The notes beneath the pieces are model-generated. The model did no database searches. It was not told where the DNA came from and saw only the letters and a list, made by a program, of their open reading frames with translations. A stretch of DNA of 64,000 nt, from the NCBI RefSeq assembly GCF_009914755.1, contig NC_060947.1; one strand, 5' to 3'. The translations under genes were made by a program, and so were the position numbers. This DNA comes from the human T2T-CHM13v2.0 reference genome, Homo sapiens. Of this stretch, positions 61,374 to 64,000 are shown piece after piece (the stretch's first letter is position 1; each line of letters opens with the position of its first letter).

Positions 61374-61589
61374 GAGGGTTCTTAATTTGATAACCAAAAA
61401 ACTACTGTGTGAAACAAAACACATATCCACAATATTTTGAGGAGATTGTTCAGGTGTCCTTATAGCTTGAGAAGTCTGTAATAGCTGGTTATCAAAAAAG
61501 CTAACTCACCCATTGGAATGTAGTATTTGAAATCGATATCTAGACAGTCCTGTGACTAATAATAATATTAAATTTGTAGTTTAAAATCT

Positions 61590-62330
61590 TCATAAAAATA
61601 AATCTCTAAACAGAGATGGCTTCACTGACAAATTCTACAAAATATATAAAGAAATAACATTTTTACATAATCAATTCAAGAAAATAGAAGTGGAGTGAAC
61701 ATTTTCAACCTCATTTTAACAACACAGAATTACCCTGATACAAAACTAGACAAAGATATTACAAAGTAAGAAAACTATGAGCCGTTTTCCTTCAGGAACA
61801 TAGATGCAAATTTCCTCAAAAATATTATAAAATAGAATCCATCAATATCTAAAAATAGTGATGCACTGTAATCAACTAGGATTCAGATATTCAAGGCTGC
61901 TTCAATATCAGAAACTCAATCAATGTAATCCATATTAACAGAATAAAGAAGAAAAATTACATGATTAGATCAATTGATGCAGACAAAACTTTCGACAAAA
62001 TGAAACACCTATTCATCATGAATAATGGTCATCAGTAAACAATAAATGGAAGGGAATTTCCTCAGCCTGATAAATAGCATATACAAAAACCTATAGGTGA
62101 CTTCATACTTAATAATGGAATGCTTATACTTTTCCTCTAAAATCAGTAACAAAGAAATGATGTCCTCATTCACTACTCCTATTTAACATAGTACTGGAAG
62201 TCCTAGGCAGAGCAATATGGTAAAAAAAAAAAGAAAGAAAGAAAAAAAAGAAAATTAAAGACATACATAACAAAAAAAAAAACTTCCGATAGTGAAAGAT
62301 TACAAGGTTTTCTACTGAAAACTATCAAAG
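61590..62330 (+). mobile_element. Ancient L1M ORF2 fragment
   Basis: agatggcttcactgacaaattctacaaa..., attgatgcagacaaaactttcgacaaaat..., tttaacatagtactggaagtcctag. Confidence 0.7.
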
Positions 62331-62339
62331 AATCTTATT

Positions 62340-63255
62340 TAAGTCTTTAATTTTTATCGATTCAAGGAGTACAGGTGCAGGTTTGTTACATAGACATATA
62401 TGTATTAGGCTGTTCTTCAACTGCTATACAGAAATACCCGATACTGGGTAATTTAAAAGAAAAGAGGTTTAATTGGCCCATGGTTCTGCAGGTTGTACAG
62501 GAAGCATAGTAGCATCTGCTTCTGAGGAGGCCTCAGGAAGCTTTCAATCATGGCAGAAGGAAAACAGGAAGCAGGCACATCACATGGCAAGAACAAGAGA
62601 AAGAGAGAGACAGTTGGCAGGGGAGGTTCCACACACTTTTAAATGACCAGATCCTGTGTGAACTAACAGCAAGAGCTCATTTATTACCAAGGGAATGGCT
62701 CAAGCCATTCATGAGGGATTTGCCTCATGATCCAAAGACTTCCCACCAGGCCCCACCTCCAACACTGGGGATTACATTTCAACGTGAGATTTGGATGGGG
62801 ACATCCGAACTATATCAGTGAACACTGTACCCAACAGATAATTTTTCAACCCTCCTCCCCACTTCCCCGTTTCGGAGTCCCCAGCGTCTATTATTTCCCT
62901 CTGTATGTTTGTGTGTACCTGTTGATTAGCTCCCACTTATAAGTGAGAATATACAGTAACTGATTTTTGTTTCTGAGTTATTTCACTTAGGATAATGCCT
63001 CCAGCTCCATCCATGTTGCTGCAAAAGACAATATTTTATTCTTTTTTATGGATGCATAGTATTCCATGGTGTATATATACCACATTTTCTGTATGCAATC
63101 AACTGTTGATGGACACTTAGGTTGATTCTATGACTTTGCTATGGTGGACAGTGCTGCAGTATGAGTGCAGGTGTCTCTTTGAGGCATTTATTTTCTTTTG
63201 GATATATGCCCAGTAGTGGGATTGCTAGGTCAATAATAGTTCTATTTTTAGTCCA
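62340..63255 (-). mobile_element. L1PB-like antisense 3' end, interrupted by MSTA
   Basis: gtacaggtgcaggtttgttacat...; tagctcccacttataagtgagaat...; atggatgcatagtattccatggtg. Confidence 0.75.
62401..62817 (-). mobile_element. MSTA-like solo LTR
   Basis: tgtattaggctgttcttc...ctgggtaattt...catccgaactatatca. Confidence 0.85.
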
Positions 63256-63309
63256 AAGGATCCTTTTTTAAAAAGCTGCTACAATTAATAAGTGAGGTTA
63301 CCAGGGTGA

Positions 63310-64000
63310 TACAAGTAGCCCTGTGGCCGCCACCACTAGGACTGTGCTGGGTCAGACCTGAAGCCAGCACAGCACTGGGTCTTGCCCAAGGCCTGCTGTA
63401 ACCACTCCCTGGCTACTGCCTTTGTTTGCTCAAGGCTCTGGGGCTCTACAGTCAGCAGGTAGCAAAGCCAGCCAGACCTGTGTTCTTCCCTTTAGGGCAG
63501 TGAATTCCCCCAGGCCTCAGGCAGGTCCAGAGGTGCCATCTGGGAGCCAGGGACAAGAGCCAAAATCCTTAGAAATCTATCTGGTGATCTATTGTGCTGC
63601 AGCTGAGCTGGCACTCAAACCACAAGATGCAGTTCTTCCCACTCTTCCTCCCTTTTCCAAAGGCAGAACAGCCTCACTCTGTGGCCACCACCACCACAGG
63701 CCCACAGAGAGTAGTGCCAGACTATCGCTGGTGTTCCCTTAAGGCCCAAGGGCTCTCCATTCAGCTTGTGGTGAATGTTGCCTGGCCTGGAACTCACCGT
63801 TCAGACCAGTGGGTTCCCCTCTGGCCAAGGGCAGGTCCAGAAATGCTGCCCAAGAGCCAAGTCCTGCAATCAGGGATGTCAAGAGCTTGCTTAGTGCTCT
63901 ATCCCACTGTGGCCAAGCTGGTACCTAAGGCGTAAGACAAAGTTCCCTTTACTTTTCTCTCCACTTTTCTCAAGCAGGAGTTTTGCCCCATAGCTACCAC
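63310..64000 (-). mobile_element. L1M/L1MA 5'UTR region antisense, runs off window
   Basis: gggtcagacctgaagccagcacagcactgggtcttgcccaaggcc... is typical of old L1 5' ends. Confidence 0.65.

Overview
Primate (most likely human) X-chromosome DNA, Xp11.22-type: AT-rich and dominated by L1 and LTR elements. One intact protein-coding gene is visible, the intronless EZHIP/CXorf67 (24302-25813, +, 503 aa). It is a PRC2 inhibitor carrying the H3K27M-mimic peptide, with a CpG-rich promoter and a poly(A) signal. About 10 kb upstream (13282-13950, +) lies a CpG-rich, multiply disabled CENPV-like (CENPVL family, GFA zinc domain) retro-pseudogene that the ORF track does not reveal; it still looks like a promoter island. 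An old diverged duplication (about 11.98-12.70 kb vs 29.15-30.40 kb) brackets the pseudogene plus EZHIP. Other content: a full-length dead L1PA3-type element with TSDs, the ZNF93-target 5'UTR segment and a truncated ORF0; a complete THE1 MaLR; two MLT1 proviral remnants; a mosaic ERV1 block with mismatched LTRs and a CTCF motif; six Alus; several DNA-transposon relics; and a tailless 5S rRNA retropseudogene with TSDs. Repeat subfamily names and protein identities come from recall of consensus sequences, not database searches. Boundaries of old repeats are approximate.
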